Shown: positions 9,741 to 17,723, counted from the first letter of the stretch. The stretch is 34,937 nt of DNA from Verrucomicrobiales bacterium (GCA_023253495.1 JALRGF010000172.1:1-34937); one strand, 5' to 3'. Notes: generated by a model not told the origin, from the letters alone. A program made the numbers and translations.

Positions 9741-10300
9741 GATCGGATGCGCAGGGATGTGGCGGGAGAGGCCTCGGATGGATGGTTTTCCGCAAGGCGT
9801 CGACGGATGCAGTCGCCCAGCACGGCGCGCAGGCGGCTGAGCTGCTGATAAATGGCGGCCGTCGTGGTGCCCCGGCGGTCAGCCAGCACCGCGATGCCGG
9901 CCCGTTCGGAGTACCGCAGTCCCACCAGTTCGGCCGATCGCGGCGGCAGCGACTTGAGACAATGCCCCAAGGCCTCTTCCTCCTGACGCACTGTCCCACC
10001 GTCCGTCTCCGCTTCGTCAAACGCCCGCCGCACCGCCTCCAACGCCTCCGGCGACAACAACACCAGCCGCCGGCTTTCCCGCCGATGATGGTCGAACACC
10101 TTGTGCGTCGCCACCCCGCGCGCCCATGCCCCAAAAGACTGCCGCGGGTCGTACCGGTCAAAACTCTTCCACAACGCGAGCGCCACCTCCTGCATCACAT
10201 CGTCCCGCGACCCCGGCACCCGCACCGCAGTCGCCACGTACGCGCGCAGATCACTCTCATGCGCGAGAAAAAGTCGAAGGAAATGACTGGGACGGTCCAT
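9737..10300 (-). CDS. ECF-type RNA polymerase sigma-70 factor (Rhodopirellula/Verrucomicrobium-like subfamily)
   Basis: Region 2 (DVMQEVALALWKSFDRYDPRQSFGAWARGVATHKVFDHHRR) and region 4 HTH (LPPRSAELVGLRYSERAGIAVLADRRGTTTAAIYQQLSRLR) are present. The start is set at the ATG at 10300 (MDRPSHF), preceded by a GAGAGGGAAG SD-like stretch. The track ORF runs to 10600. Confidence 0.9.
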   Translation of the reverse strand: MDRPSHFLRLFLAHESDLRAYVATAVRVPGSRDDVMQEVALALWKSFDRYDPRQSFGAWARGVATHKVFDHHRRESRRLVLLSPEALEAVRRAFDEAETDGGTVRQEEEALGHCLKSLPPRSAELVGLRYSERAGIAVLADRRGTTTAAIYQQLSRLRAVLGDCIRRRLAENHPSEASPATSLRIRS

Positions 10301-10620
10301 CAGCGGGCTTCCCTCTCTTTGGCGCGAATCGCCGTTTTTTGACACGAAATCTCCCGGCAATCTCCCGGGACCGCCGCAGTCGCCTGCGGCTCGACGCCCC
10401 GGGCGCACGCCTCCAACGACCTCCAGCGCCTCGTTCCCCGGGCGAGCGCGGCTGTCCCAGCTCTCGACAGCGGCCGGAGCTCCCGGAGGTCGCGCTGCGC
10501 TGCAGGCCCTCAACGACCAACGCGGTGGCGTCGGGCCGCGGATGACTGCGGCGGTCCCAGCTCGGCAGCGGCTCGAACACCCGGAGGTCACGCCCGTCAA
10601 AAAATCCGCTGGCGCGGCAA

Positions 10621-10642
10621 CTGTATTAGTGTACTAATACAG
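10621..10642. promoter_or_regulatory. Candidate GntR/YtrA operator: perfect 9-bp inverted repeat CTGTATTAG-tgta-CTAATACAG
   Basis: Read directly. It is an AT-rich palindrome in GC-rich DNA, ending 45 bp upstream of the gntR-family start (10687). It overlaps a possible -10 (TAATAC). Confidence 0.5.
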
Positions 10643-10686
10643 CATTACTCCCTCTGCAGCTCTCTTCTCCTCCGCCCGTCGCTCCC

Positions 10687-11103
10687 ATGCTCCCCTTTCG
10701 TCTCCAGCTTGATTCCGGGGTGCCGGCGTACCGGCAGGTGATGGAGCAGGTGCGATTTTTTGTGGCGGCCGGACTGCTGCGTGGCGGCGACCAAGTCCCG
10801 AGCCTGCGCGAGCTGGCGCGCACGCTGGCGGTGACCCCGGGCACGATCGTGAAGGCGTATTCGGAGCTGGAGCATGCGGGAGTGATCGAAAGCCGGCACG
10901 GCCGCGGGTATTTCATCGCCGAGGGCCCGGCACGCCTGTCGCGAGCGGAGCGCGAAGCCGCGGTGCGCGACGCCGCGCGGCGGCTATGGCTGACCGCCAG
11001 CCAGGTCGGCCTCTCGCCGGAACGCACCGAGGAACTCGTCGCCGAGGCACGCGCCGCCGCCGCCACCTCGCCGACCGTTTTCAACTGCCCTCCGACCACC
11101 TAA
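10687..11103 (+). CDS. GntR-family transcriptional regulator, short YtrA-like type
   Basis: 138 aa. A winged HTH is present (VPSLRELARTLAVTPGTIVKAYSELEHAGVIESRHGRGYFI). The short helical C-terminus is typical of the YtrA subfamily. Confidence 0.9.
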   Translation: MLPFRLQLDSGVPAYRQVMEQVRFFVAAGLLRGGDQVPSLRELARTLAVTPGTIVKAYSELEHAGVIESRHGRGYFIAEGPARLSRAEREAAVRDAARRLWLTASQVGLSPERTEELVAEARAAAATSPTVFNCPPTT

Positions 11104-12008
11104 AAATACCCTTCCTTCTTCCGGTCCTCCATGGCCGTTTCGGAGACCTTGTCGTCGGCACGCGTGCCGCGTTCGGTCACCCGCGCCGCCGCCACTTCCG
11201 CAATGATCTCATCAATCGTGCCGGCCGCCGACTCCCAGGCACCGGTGCACGTCACGTCCCCGATCGTGCGGAAACGGATCGTCCGCTCCTCCACCACCTC
11301 ACCGTCCATCGGCCGGGCAAAACCGGTCTCCGCATCCAGCCACGCCCCATCCCGCTTGAAGACCCTCCGACGATGCGAAAAATACAGGCTCGGCAACGGA
11401 ATCGACTGCTCCTTGATATACATCCACACGTCCATCTCCGTCCAGTTGCTCAACGGAAACACCCGGAAATGCTCGCCGGTATGATGCCGGCCATTGAAAA
11501 TATTCCATAATTCGGGCCGCTGGTTCTTCGGATCCCACTGCCCGAATTCATTCCGGTGCGAAAAAAACCGCTCCTTCGCCCGCGCTTTCTCCTCGTCCCG
11601 CCGCCCACCCCCGAGCAACGCGTCAAATTTCCCCTGCTCAATCGTCTCCAGCAGCGTGATCGACTGCAACCGGTTCCGCGACGCCTTCGGTCCCGTCTCG
11701 TCCCGCGCCGTGCCGCGACGGATACTGTCCTCCACATGCCCGACCACCAGTCGCGCCCCCAGCATCTGCACAAACTCGTCCCGATACGTCAGCGTCTCCG
11801 GAAAATTGTGCCCCGTGTCCACATGCACCAAGGCAAACGGCACCTTCGCAGGCCAAAACGCCTTCCGCGCCAGCCACGCCATCACAATCGAATCCTTCCC
11901 CCCGGAAAACAACAACCCCGGATTCTGAAACTGCGCCGCTGTCTCCCGAAGCACAAAAATCGCCTCGGCCTCCAACTGCTCCAAATGACTCAACGTGTAC
12001 GAATTCAT
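11100..12008 (-). CDS. cysD: Sulfate adenylyltransferase subunit 2
   Basis: MNSYTLSHLEQLEAEAIFVLRE..., the PP-loop FSGGKDSIVM, HVDTGHNFPETL, FSHRNEFGQWDPKNQRPELWN and the C-terminal MEDRKKEGYF are all typical of CysD. Confidence 0.95.
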   Translation of the reverse strand: MNSYTLSHLEQLEAEAIFVLRETAAQFQNPGLLFSGGKDSIVMAWLARKAFWPAKVPFALVHVDTGHNFPETLTYRDEFVQMLGARLVVGHVEDSIRRGTARDETGPKASRNRLQSITLLETIEQGKFDALLGGGRRDEEKARAKERFFSHRNEFGQWDPKNQRPELWNIFNGRHHTGEHFRVFPLSNWTEMDVWMYIKEQSIPLPSLYFSHRRRVFKRDGAWLDAETGFARPMDGEVVEERTIRFRTIGDVTCTGAWESAAGTIDEIIAEVAAARVTERGTRADDKVSETAMEDRKKEGYF

Positions 12009-12096
12009 GGGAAATCAATCGATCCAGTCCACCACCTACCTCAGGCGCAGACAACACTCGCACTCTGCATACCGCATCTGCCTTGTAAAGTAAATG

Positions 12097-12345
12097 TCCC
12101 TATTGTCTATCGGCATAGTCGTGTTTTTGGGCACTCACAGCGTACCTGTCCCGTTGCGACTTCCCATTGTCTATAGGAATAGTCGTGTTTTTGGGCACAC
12201 ACAGCGTACCTGTCCCGTTGCGAATCGTACTGCGTACCTGTCCCGTTTTGCAGTATGGCTCGCACAGAGTACCTGTCCCGTTGCCAGCGGGGCCGGTCCA
12301 GCGTACCTGTCCCGTTGCCACCGGCGGCACCGTGTCCCTGTCCGG
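12097..12345 (+). repeat. Intergenic repeat array 1: two 64-bp tandem units, then 3-4 short units, each carrying the core (CA)CAGCGTACCTGTCCCGTTGC
   Basis: Cores at 12136-12159, 12200-12223, 12232-12247, 12263-12286 and 12298-12320, plus a degenerate copy around 12328-12345. All are in the same orientation. The 64-bp units 12097-12160 and 12161-12224 are about 58/64 identical. Confidence 0.9.
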
Positions 12346-12366
12346 AGGGAGTCGCACTGTCTCTGA

Positions 12367-13701
12367 ATGATTTGTATGAACCTGTTTTTCCCTTCTTTTT
12401 GCCGGTCGTTATGGACGGGCCTGCTGGTGTGGGTGAGTGCCGCGGGGGGGCTTGCGGGTGCGGAGGGCGGGCGATGGCAGGTGCCGTTGGCGGGCAACGG
12501 GTATCAGACGGCGCGGGCGGACGGCGGGCGTGAGGGCATGGGGCGGCGCGGCGGACGCTGGGCGGATCCGGAGACGGTGTGGTCGATTTTTTTCCGGGTT
12601 GATCGGCCGGCGGTGCTGGATCTGGGGTTGAAGGTGAGTGTTCCGGAGGGGGAGTCGGTGATCCGGGCTACGGTGGGGGGCCGGGTTTTTGAGGTGGTGG
12701 CCCGGGGTGCCGAGGAGGCGGAGGTGTCGTTGGGTCGGGTGGAGGCGGCGGCGGCCGGTTATGTGCGGGTGGAGGTGCAGGGGGTGCGTCGATCCGGTCC
12801 GGAATTCGGGCGGATTTCGGACTTGGTGGTGACCTCGCCGACTCCGGGCCTAGAACCGGTTTTTGTGAAGACCAACGAAGGCAATATGTTTTACTGGGGG
12901 CGGCGGGGTCCGTCGGTGCATCTTGGCTACGAGGTGCCGCGGGGGGTGGACATCGAGTATGCTTACAGCGAGGTGACGGTGCCTGAGGGTGGGGATCCGA
13001 TCGGGTCGTTTTACATGGCCAATGGTTTTGGCGAAGGGTATTTCGGGATTCAGACGAAGAGTCCGACCGAGCGCTGGGTGCTTTTTTCGGTATGGAGTCC
13101 GTTTGCCACCGACGACCCGGAAAAGATCCCGGAATCCGACCGGGTGGTATTGCTGGGCAAGGGGGAGGGGGTGCAGGCCGGCGAATTCGGCAACGAGGGC
13201 AGCGGGGGCCAGAGTTATCTCGTGTATCCGTGGAAGACGGGCATGACCTACCGGTTCCTGAACACGGCAAAGCCGGATGGTCGGGGAAACACGGAATATG
13301 CCGCCTGGATCGCGGAAGCCCCGGACGGCGAGTGGCGGCTGATCGCCCGGTTCCGCCGGCCGAAGACGGACAAGCACCTGACCGGCTTCCATTCGTTCCT
13401 TGAGAATTTCTCAGCCGAAAACGGCCATCGGAGCCGCACCAGCCGCCACGGCAACCAGTGGGTCCGCGACACCGGCGGGCGCTGGCACGAAGTCACCCGG
13501 GCGCGCTTCACCGGCGATGCCACCGCCGGCGGCCGCCACCGTCTGGATTATGCCGGCGGCGTGCAGAACGGCGGATTCTTCCTGAAAAACGGCGGGTTTT
13601 TTGATGAGCCGGTACCGCTCGACAGCCGGTTCGAGCGCGCGTCCGAGCCGGACCGCCCACCGGTCATCGATTTGGAAAAGCTGGAGGTGATGGGGCGCTG
13701 A
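12367..13701 (+). CDS. Secreted DUF5077/DUF3472-like domain protein
   Basis: 444 aa with a signal-like N-terminus. Segments GEGYFGIQTKSPTERWVLFSVWSP, GNEGSGGQSYLVYPWKTGMTYRF and GFHSFLENF match my memory of DUF3472 proteins. The CDS is confident; the family assignment is moderate. An alternative ATG lies at 12376. Confidence 0.8.
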   Translation: MICMNLFFPSFCRSLWTGLLVWVSAAGGLAGAEGGRWQVPLAGNGYQTARADGGREGMGRRGGRWADPETVWSIFFRVDRPAVLDLGLKVSVPEGESVIRATVGGRVFEVVARGAEEAEVSLGRVEAAAAGYVRVEVQGVRRSGPEFGRISDLVVTSPTPGLEPVFVKTNEGNMFYWGRRGPSVHLGYEVPRGVDIEYAYSEVTVPEGGDPIGSFYMANGFGEGYFGIQTKSPTERWVLFSVWSPFATDDPEKIPESDRVVLLGKGEGVQAGEFGNEGSGGQSYLVYPWKTGMTYRFLNTAKPDGRGNTEYAAWIAEAPDGEWRLIARFRRPKTDKHLTGFHSFLENFSAENGHRSRTSRHGNQWVRDTGGRWHEVTRARFTGDATAGGRHRLDYAGGVQNGGFFLKNGGFFDEPVPLDSRFERASEPDRPPVIDLEKLEVMGR

Positions 13702-13776
13702 TTCCGGAGGGTGGGTTGCGATTGGCGGGCGGTGGTTTTCGCGGGCGCGACGGCCCGGCCGCGCTAGGCTGGGCGG

Positions 13777-15282
13777 ATGTCCATCACCGCCTATCACCAC
13801 CTTCATGACCGGTTGCGCGAAGCCGCCCTGCTGCGCTCCGCGGCCGGCGTACTGGGCTGGGACCAGGAAACCTATCTGCCGCCCCGGGGAGTGGCCTGGC
13901 GCGCCGAACAACTCGCCGTGCTCAGCGGCCGCGTCCACCGCATGGTCACTGCCCCGGAAATCGGCGAGTGGCTCGCCGCTGCCGAAACGGCCGCCGTCCC
14001 GCTGCCGGCCGACGCCCCGCCCGACGCCGTGGTCGCCGACACCAACCTCCGGGGCTGGCGCCGGGCGTACGACCGGGCCACCCGGTTGCCGGTTGATCTG
14101 GTCGAGGAATGGACCCGCACCACCTCGCTGGCCCAGAACGTCTGGGCGGAAGCGCGCCGCACCTCGGATTTTGCGCTCTTTCAGCCGCACCTGGAAAAGT
14201 TGGTCGGCCTGGCCCGCCGCAAGGCGGATGCCTGGGGCTGGCAGACGTGCCGCTACGACGCCCTGCTGGACGAATACGAACCCGGAGCCCGCTCCGCCGA
14301 GCTGGCCGCCCTCTTTGCCGAACTCGGGCCGCAGATTTCCGCTCTGGTCGGTCCGGCCACGGAAAAAGCGGCCCGCTTCCCCCGCGACCTGCTGGCCGGC
14401 CGGTATCCGGTGGCCGCGCAACAGGCGTTCAACCGGGAGGTGGCGCAGGCCATCGGGTTCGATTTCACGGCCGGCCGCATCGACACCACCACTCATCCAT
14501 TCTGCACCGGCCTCGGCCCCGGCGACACCCGGCTGACCACCCGCTACGACGAAACGGACTTCACTTCGTCGCTCTACGGCGTGCTTCACGAGGCCGGCCA
14601 CGGCCTCTACGACCAGGGACTGAACCGCGCTGAATGGGGCCAGCCCGCCGGGGACGCCTGCAGCCTGGGCATCCACGAGAGTCAATCGCGCCTCTGGGAA
14701 AACCACGTCGGCGGCAGCCGCGCGTTCTGGGACCACTGGCTGCCGCGCGCCGCCCACCACTTCCCGCACCTCGCCCGACGCACCCCCGAAGAAATCGCCG
14801 GCGCGGCGGCCCGGGTGCAGCCGAGCTTCATCCGCGTCGAGGCCGACGAAGTCACCTACGACCTGCATATCATTCTGCGCTTTGAAATCGAAAGGGCTCT
14901 CATCGAGGGCCACCTCCCGGTGGCCGAAGTGCCGGGAGTGTGGAATGAAACATTCCGCTCCCTGCTCGGGCTCGCCGTGCCTGATGACGCGCGCGGCTGC
15001 CTGCAGGACGTGCATTGGAGCTTCGGGCTCTTCGGGTATTTCCCGACCTACACGCTCGGCAACCTGAATGCCGCCCAGCTCATGCATCACGCGCGCCGTG
15101 TCCTGCCCGGGCTCGAACAGTCGCTCGCCGCCGGCACCTATGCCCCCTTGCTCGGGTGGCTGCGGCAGAGCCTCCATATCCATGGCCAGCGGTTCGACGG
15201 ACCGGGCCTGATGCGCCACGCCACCGGCGAGCCGGTGACCGGCCGCGCTTTTCTCAACCACCTGCAGTCGAAGTTTTTGTAG
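13777..15282 (+). CDS. Carboxypeptidase Taq-type metallopeptidase (M32 family)
   Basis: All M32 signatures are present: HEAGHGLY (HExxH), DTRLTTRY, IHESQSRLWEN, LQDVHWS, GYFPTYTLGN. Confidence 0.95.
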   Translation: MSITAYHHLHDRLREAALLRSAAGVLGWDQETYLPPRGVAWRAEQLAVLSGRVHRMVTAPEIGEWLAAAETAAVPLPADAPPDAVVADTNLRGWRRAYDRATRLPVDLVEEWTRTTSLAQNVWAEARRTSDFALFQPHLEKLVGLARRKADAWGWQTCRYDALLDEYEPGARSAELAALFAELGPQISALVGPATEKAARFPRDLLAGRYPVAAQQAFNREVAQAIGFDFTAGRIDTTTHPFCTGLGPGDTRLTTRYDETDFTSSLYGVLHEAGHGLYDQGLNRAEWGQPAGDACSLGIHESQSRLWENHVGGSRAFWDHWLPRAAHHFPHLARRTPEEIAGAAARVQPSFIRVEADEVTYDLHIILRFEIERALIEGHLPVAEVPGVWNETFRSLLGLAVPDDARGCLQDVHWSFGLFGYFPTYTLGNLNAAQLMHHARRVLPGLEQSLAAGTYAPLLGWLRQSLHIHGQRFDGPGLMRHATGEPVTGRAFLNHLQSKFL

Positions 15283-15440
15283 TCTGTCCGCGGTGCGCCA
15301 TCGTTACGACTGTGATCCGCCGCCGGGCGGCGCACCCCCGCCCGGGCCGACCGGCCGCCACGCCGGATGCCGATTCCCATTTTGATTCCGCCTCCGGACT
15401 TTTCCCGAACCGCCATTCACCATCCGCCATCCGCACTGCC

Positions 15441-15962
15441 ATGCCCGACGCTCCCCGCCCTTCCCATCGACTGACCTCCGCGCTTGGCGGTGTGCTCCTG
15501 GGAGCGGCCATCGCGGTGGTGGGTGCGGTGTTTGTCTGGTTGATGTGGGCGTCGTTCCAGCGCGCCCGGGTCATGGAGGCGTGGATCCAGGTGCCCGGCG
15601 TGATTCTCGAGTCGCGTCTCACCGAGGAAATCCTCAACCCCAACACCCCGGTCAATTACCGCCCGGTCATCCGCTACCGCTACGAATACGCCGGAGCATC
15701 CCGCGAATCCGCCCGCATCCGCCGCATCGAAACCAAATCATCGCGCCGCGCAAAAATGGAGTCACTGCTCGCCGGGTTTCCCGCCGGCACCGAGGCAACG
15801 GTCTGGATCAATCCGGCCGATCCCGCCGATGCTGTGCTCATCCGCGACAAGCGCACGGCCATCTACAGCATCTGGTTTCCCGCGCTCTTCGTGATCGGCG
15901 GCACCGGTATCGCGCTCAGTTCGCTGATCCGCAACCTGAAACCCCGAACCACCACCCCATGA
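15441..15962 (+). CDS. DUF3592-like membrane protein
   Basis: 173 aa counted from the ATG at 15441. It has N- and C-terminal TM helices (LGGVLLGAAIAVVGAVFVWLMW; IWFPALFVIGGTGIALSSLI) flanking a beta-rich domain (YRPVIRYRYEYAG...ATVWINPADPADAVL), the usual DUF3592 layout. The track ORF start at 15015 would overlap the M32 gene. Confidence 0.75.
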   Translation: MPDAPRPSHRLTSALGGVLLGAAIAVVGAVFVWLMWASFQRARVMEAWIQVPGVILESRLTEEILNPNTPVNYRPVIRYRYEYAGASRESARIRRIETKSSRRAKMESLLAGFPAGTEATVWINPADPADAVLIRDKRTAIYSIWFPALFVIGGTGIALSSLIRNLKPRTTTP

Positions 15963-15969
15963 CCACCCC

Positions 15970-17619
15970 ATGACCACCCGCCTCCTCGTCGCCCTCGCCA
16001 CCACCCTTGGCCTGCTCACTGCTTCCCCCACCCGCGCCGCCGAAACCACCACCCACGACATCGTCATTTACGGCGGCACCAGCGCCGGCGTGACCGCCGC
16101 CATCCAGGCCGCCCGGCAGGGCAAGTCAGTCGCCCTCATCGAGCCGGCCCGCCACCTCGGCGGCCTCTCGTCCGCCGGCCTCGGCATGACCGATTCCGGC
16201 AAACACGAGGTCATCGGCGGCCTCGCCCGCGAGTTCTACCGCCGCATCAAAAACCACTACGAAACCGACAACGCCTGGAAGTGGGAGAAGCGCGACGACT
16301 TCAAATGGTGGTCCGAAACCGGCGACGCCCTCTGGCGGTTCGAGCCGTCCGTCGCCGAAATCACCTTCCGCGCCATGCTCGCCGGGACCCCGGTCACCGT
16401 GGTCGAGGGGGAACGGCTCGACCTCACCCGCTGGGGCCGCAAATCAGGCACCGCCATCACCGAAATCCGCATGGAAAGCGGCCGCGTCTTCCAAGGAAAG
16501 ATCTTCATCGACGCCACCTACGAAGGCGACCTCATGGCCAAGGCCGGCGTCCCGTACCACGTCGGCCGCGAAGCCAATGCCACCTACGGTGAGACCCTCA
16601 ACGGCGTGCAGGTCGCCCAGGCCACCAAACACCAGTTCCTCCTCGACATCGATCCGTGGCGCGTCCCCGGTGATCCGTCCAGCGGGCTGCTGCCGACCAT
16701 TCAGACGGACGGGCCCGGCACCGACGGCGCCGGCGACCAGCGCATCCAGGCATACTGCTTCCGGATCTGCCTGACCGACGTGCCCGCCAACCGGCTCCCC
16801 TGGGAAAAACCAACCAACTACGACCCACTGCGCTACGAAGTGCTCCGGCGCTATCTCGCGGCCGGCTGGAAATGGAAGGAAATGTGGCGGGGCCACCACC
16901 TCATGCCCAACCGCAAAACCGACACCAACAACAGCGGCGGTTTCAGCAGCGATCACATCGGCGCCAACGACGCCTATCCCGAAGGCGATTACGCCACCCG
17001 CGAAGCCATCGTCAAAGACCATGAGGAATACCAGAAGGGGTTCTGGTACTTCCTCGCCACCGACCCGGGAGTGCCGGCCGAAGTGCGCGAAGACGTCAAC
17101 CGCTGGGGGCTGCCCAGGGACGAATTCCAGGGCACCGGCGGCTGGCCGCACGCCCTCTACATCCGCGAAGCCCGCCGCATGATCTCCGATCACATCCACA
17201 CCCAGATGGACTGCCAACTGACCCGGGAAACACCTCAGCCAGTCGGCATGGGCAGCTACGCCATCGATTCCCACAACACCCAGCGTTACGTCGACACCCG
17301 CGGATTCGTCCGCAACGAGGGCGACGTCCAGGTGCCGCTCGCCGCCCCCTACCCGATTTCCTACCTTTCGATCCGCCCGCGCGCCGCCGACTGCACCAAC
17401 CTGCTGGTACCCGTCTGCTGCGCCGCCTCCCACATCGGCTACGGCAGCGTGCGCATGGAACCGGTCTTCATGATCCTCGGTGAATCCGCGGCCACCGCCG
17501 CCTCCCTCGCCCTCGACGCCGGCACTTCCGTCCAGGATGTCCCCTACCCGGCTCTGCGCCGGCGGCTGCTCGAAAACGGACAGGTGCTCGAGTGGAACAA
17601 ACCACCCGCCAAACACTGA
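15970..17619 (+). CDS. Secreted FAD-dependent oxidoreductase (PF12831-like)
   Basis: Signal peptide MTTRLLVALATTLGLLTASPTRA, followed by a Rossmann dinucleotide-binding motif (DIVIYGGTSAGVTAAIQAARQGKSVALIEP..HLGG). Confidence 0.9.
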   Translation: MTTRLLVALATTLGLLTASPTRAAETTTHDIVIYGGTSAGVTAAIQAARQGKSVALIEPARHLGGLSSAGLGMTDSGKHEVIGGLAREFYRRIKNHYETDNAWKWEKRDDFKWWSETGDALWRFEPSVAEITFRAMLAGTPVTVVEGERLDLTRWGRKSGTAITEIRMESGRVFQGKIFIDATYEGDLMAKAGVPYHVGREANATYGETLNGVQVAQATKHQFLLDIDPWRVPGDPSSGLLPTIQTDGPGTDGAGDQRIQAYCFRICLTDVPANRLPWEKPTNYDPLRYEVLRRYLAAGWKWKEMWRGHHLMPNRKTDTNNSGGFSSDHIGANDAYPEGDYATREAIVKDHEEYQKGFWYFLATDPGVPAEVREDVNRWGLPRDEFQGTGGWPHALYIREARRMISDHIHTQMDCQLTRETPQPVGMGSYAIDSHNTQRYVDTRGFVRNEGDVQVPLAAPYPISYLSIRPRAADCTNLLVPVCCAASHIGYGSVRMEPVFMILGESAATAASLALDAGTSVQDVPYPALRRRLLENGQVLEWNKPPAKH

Positions 17620-17667
17620 AACACCGGCGCCAGCTCCGTGCGGCCCCCGCGGCTCATCCGCGTACTC

Positions 17668-17701
17668 AAAAAAATCCCCACCGGCCTTGAAGCCGGCAGG
17701 G
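17668..17701 (-). terminator. Rho-independent terminator of the rpmJ-rpsD operon
   Basis: The minus-strand RNA CCCUGCCGGC-uucaag-GCCGGUGGGG forms a 10-bp stem (two G-U pairs) followed by AUUUUUUU. On the plus strand the two outer pairs become mismatches, so it is strand-specific. It lies 23 nt after the rpsD stop. Confidence 0.6.
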
Positions 17702-17723
17702 AAGAAACCAACGGAAAAGGAGC

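Noticed and set aside
12097-12345. CRISPR array hypothesis for the two core-repeat loci
   Set aside because: The conserved part is only 16-24 nt. The sequence between cores is 6-40 nt and partly repeated itself. Spacing is irregular, and there are no cas genes in the window.
12094-12497. Small ORFs across repeat array 1 (90, 85, 67 and 108 aa) and across array 2 (34200..34427, 34234..34416, 34252..34551, 34115..34858)
   Set aside because: Repeat unit lengths are not multiples of three, so the same repeat is read in different frames in successive copies. Both strands are equally open. These are by-products of the repeats and of GC-rich DNA.
13411-15261. 616-aa minus-strand ORF
   Set aside because: It lies exactly antisense to the M32 carboxypeptidase, which has every family signature. 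Its translation is G/A/R/P-rich with no recognisable motifs. It is a typical stop-free antisense frame in high-GC DNA.
17578-17587. GGACAGGTGC, a one-mismatch reverse-complement match to part of the repeat core, inside the oxidoreductase gene
   Set aside because: It is a single 10-nt partial match within a coding region and lacks the rest of the core. It is consistent with chance.
16444-17616. 390-aa minus-strand ORF, and 4095..5078 (327 aa)
   Set aside because: They are antisense to the FAD oxidoreductase and to the 4230..5039 secreted protein respectively. Both are G/A/D/V-rich with no signal or motifs.
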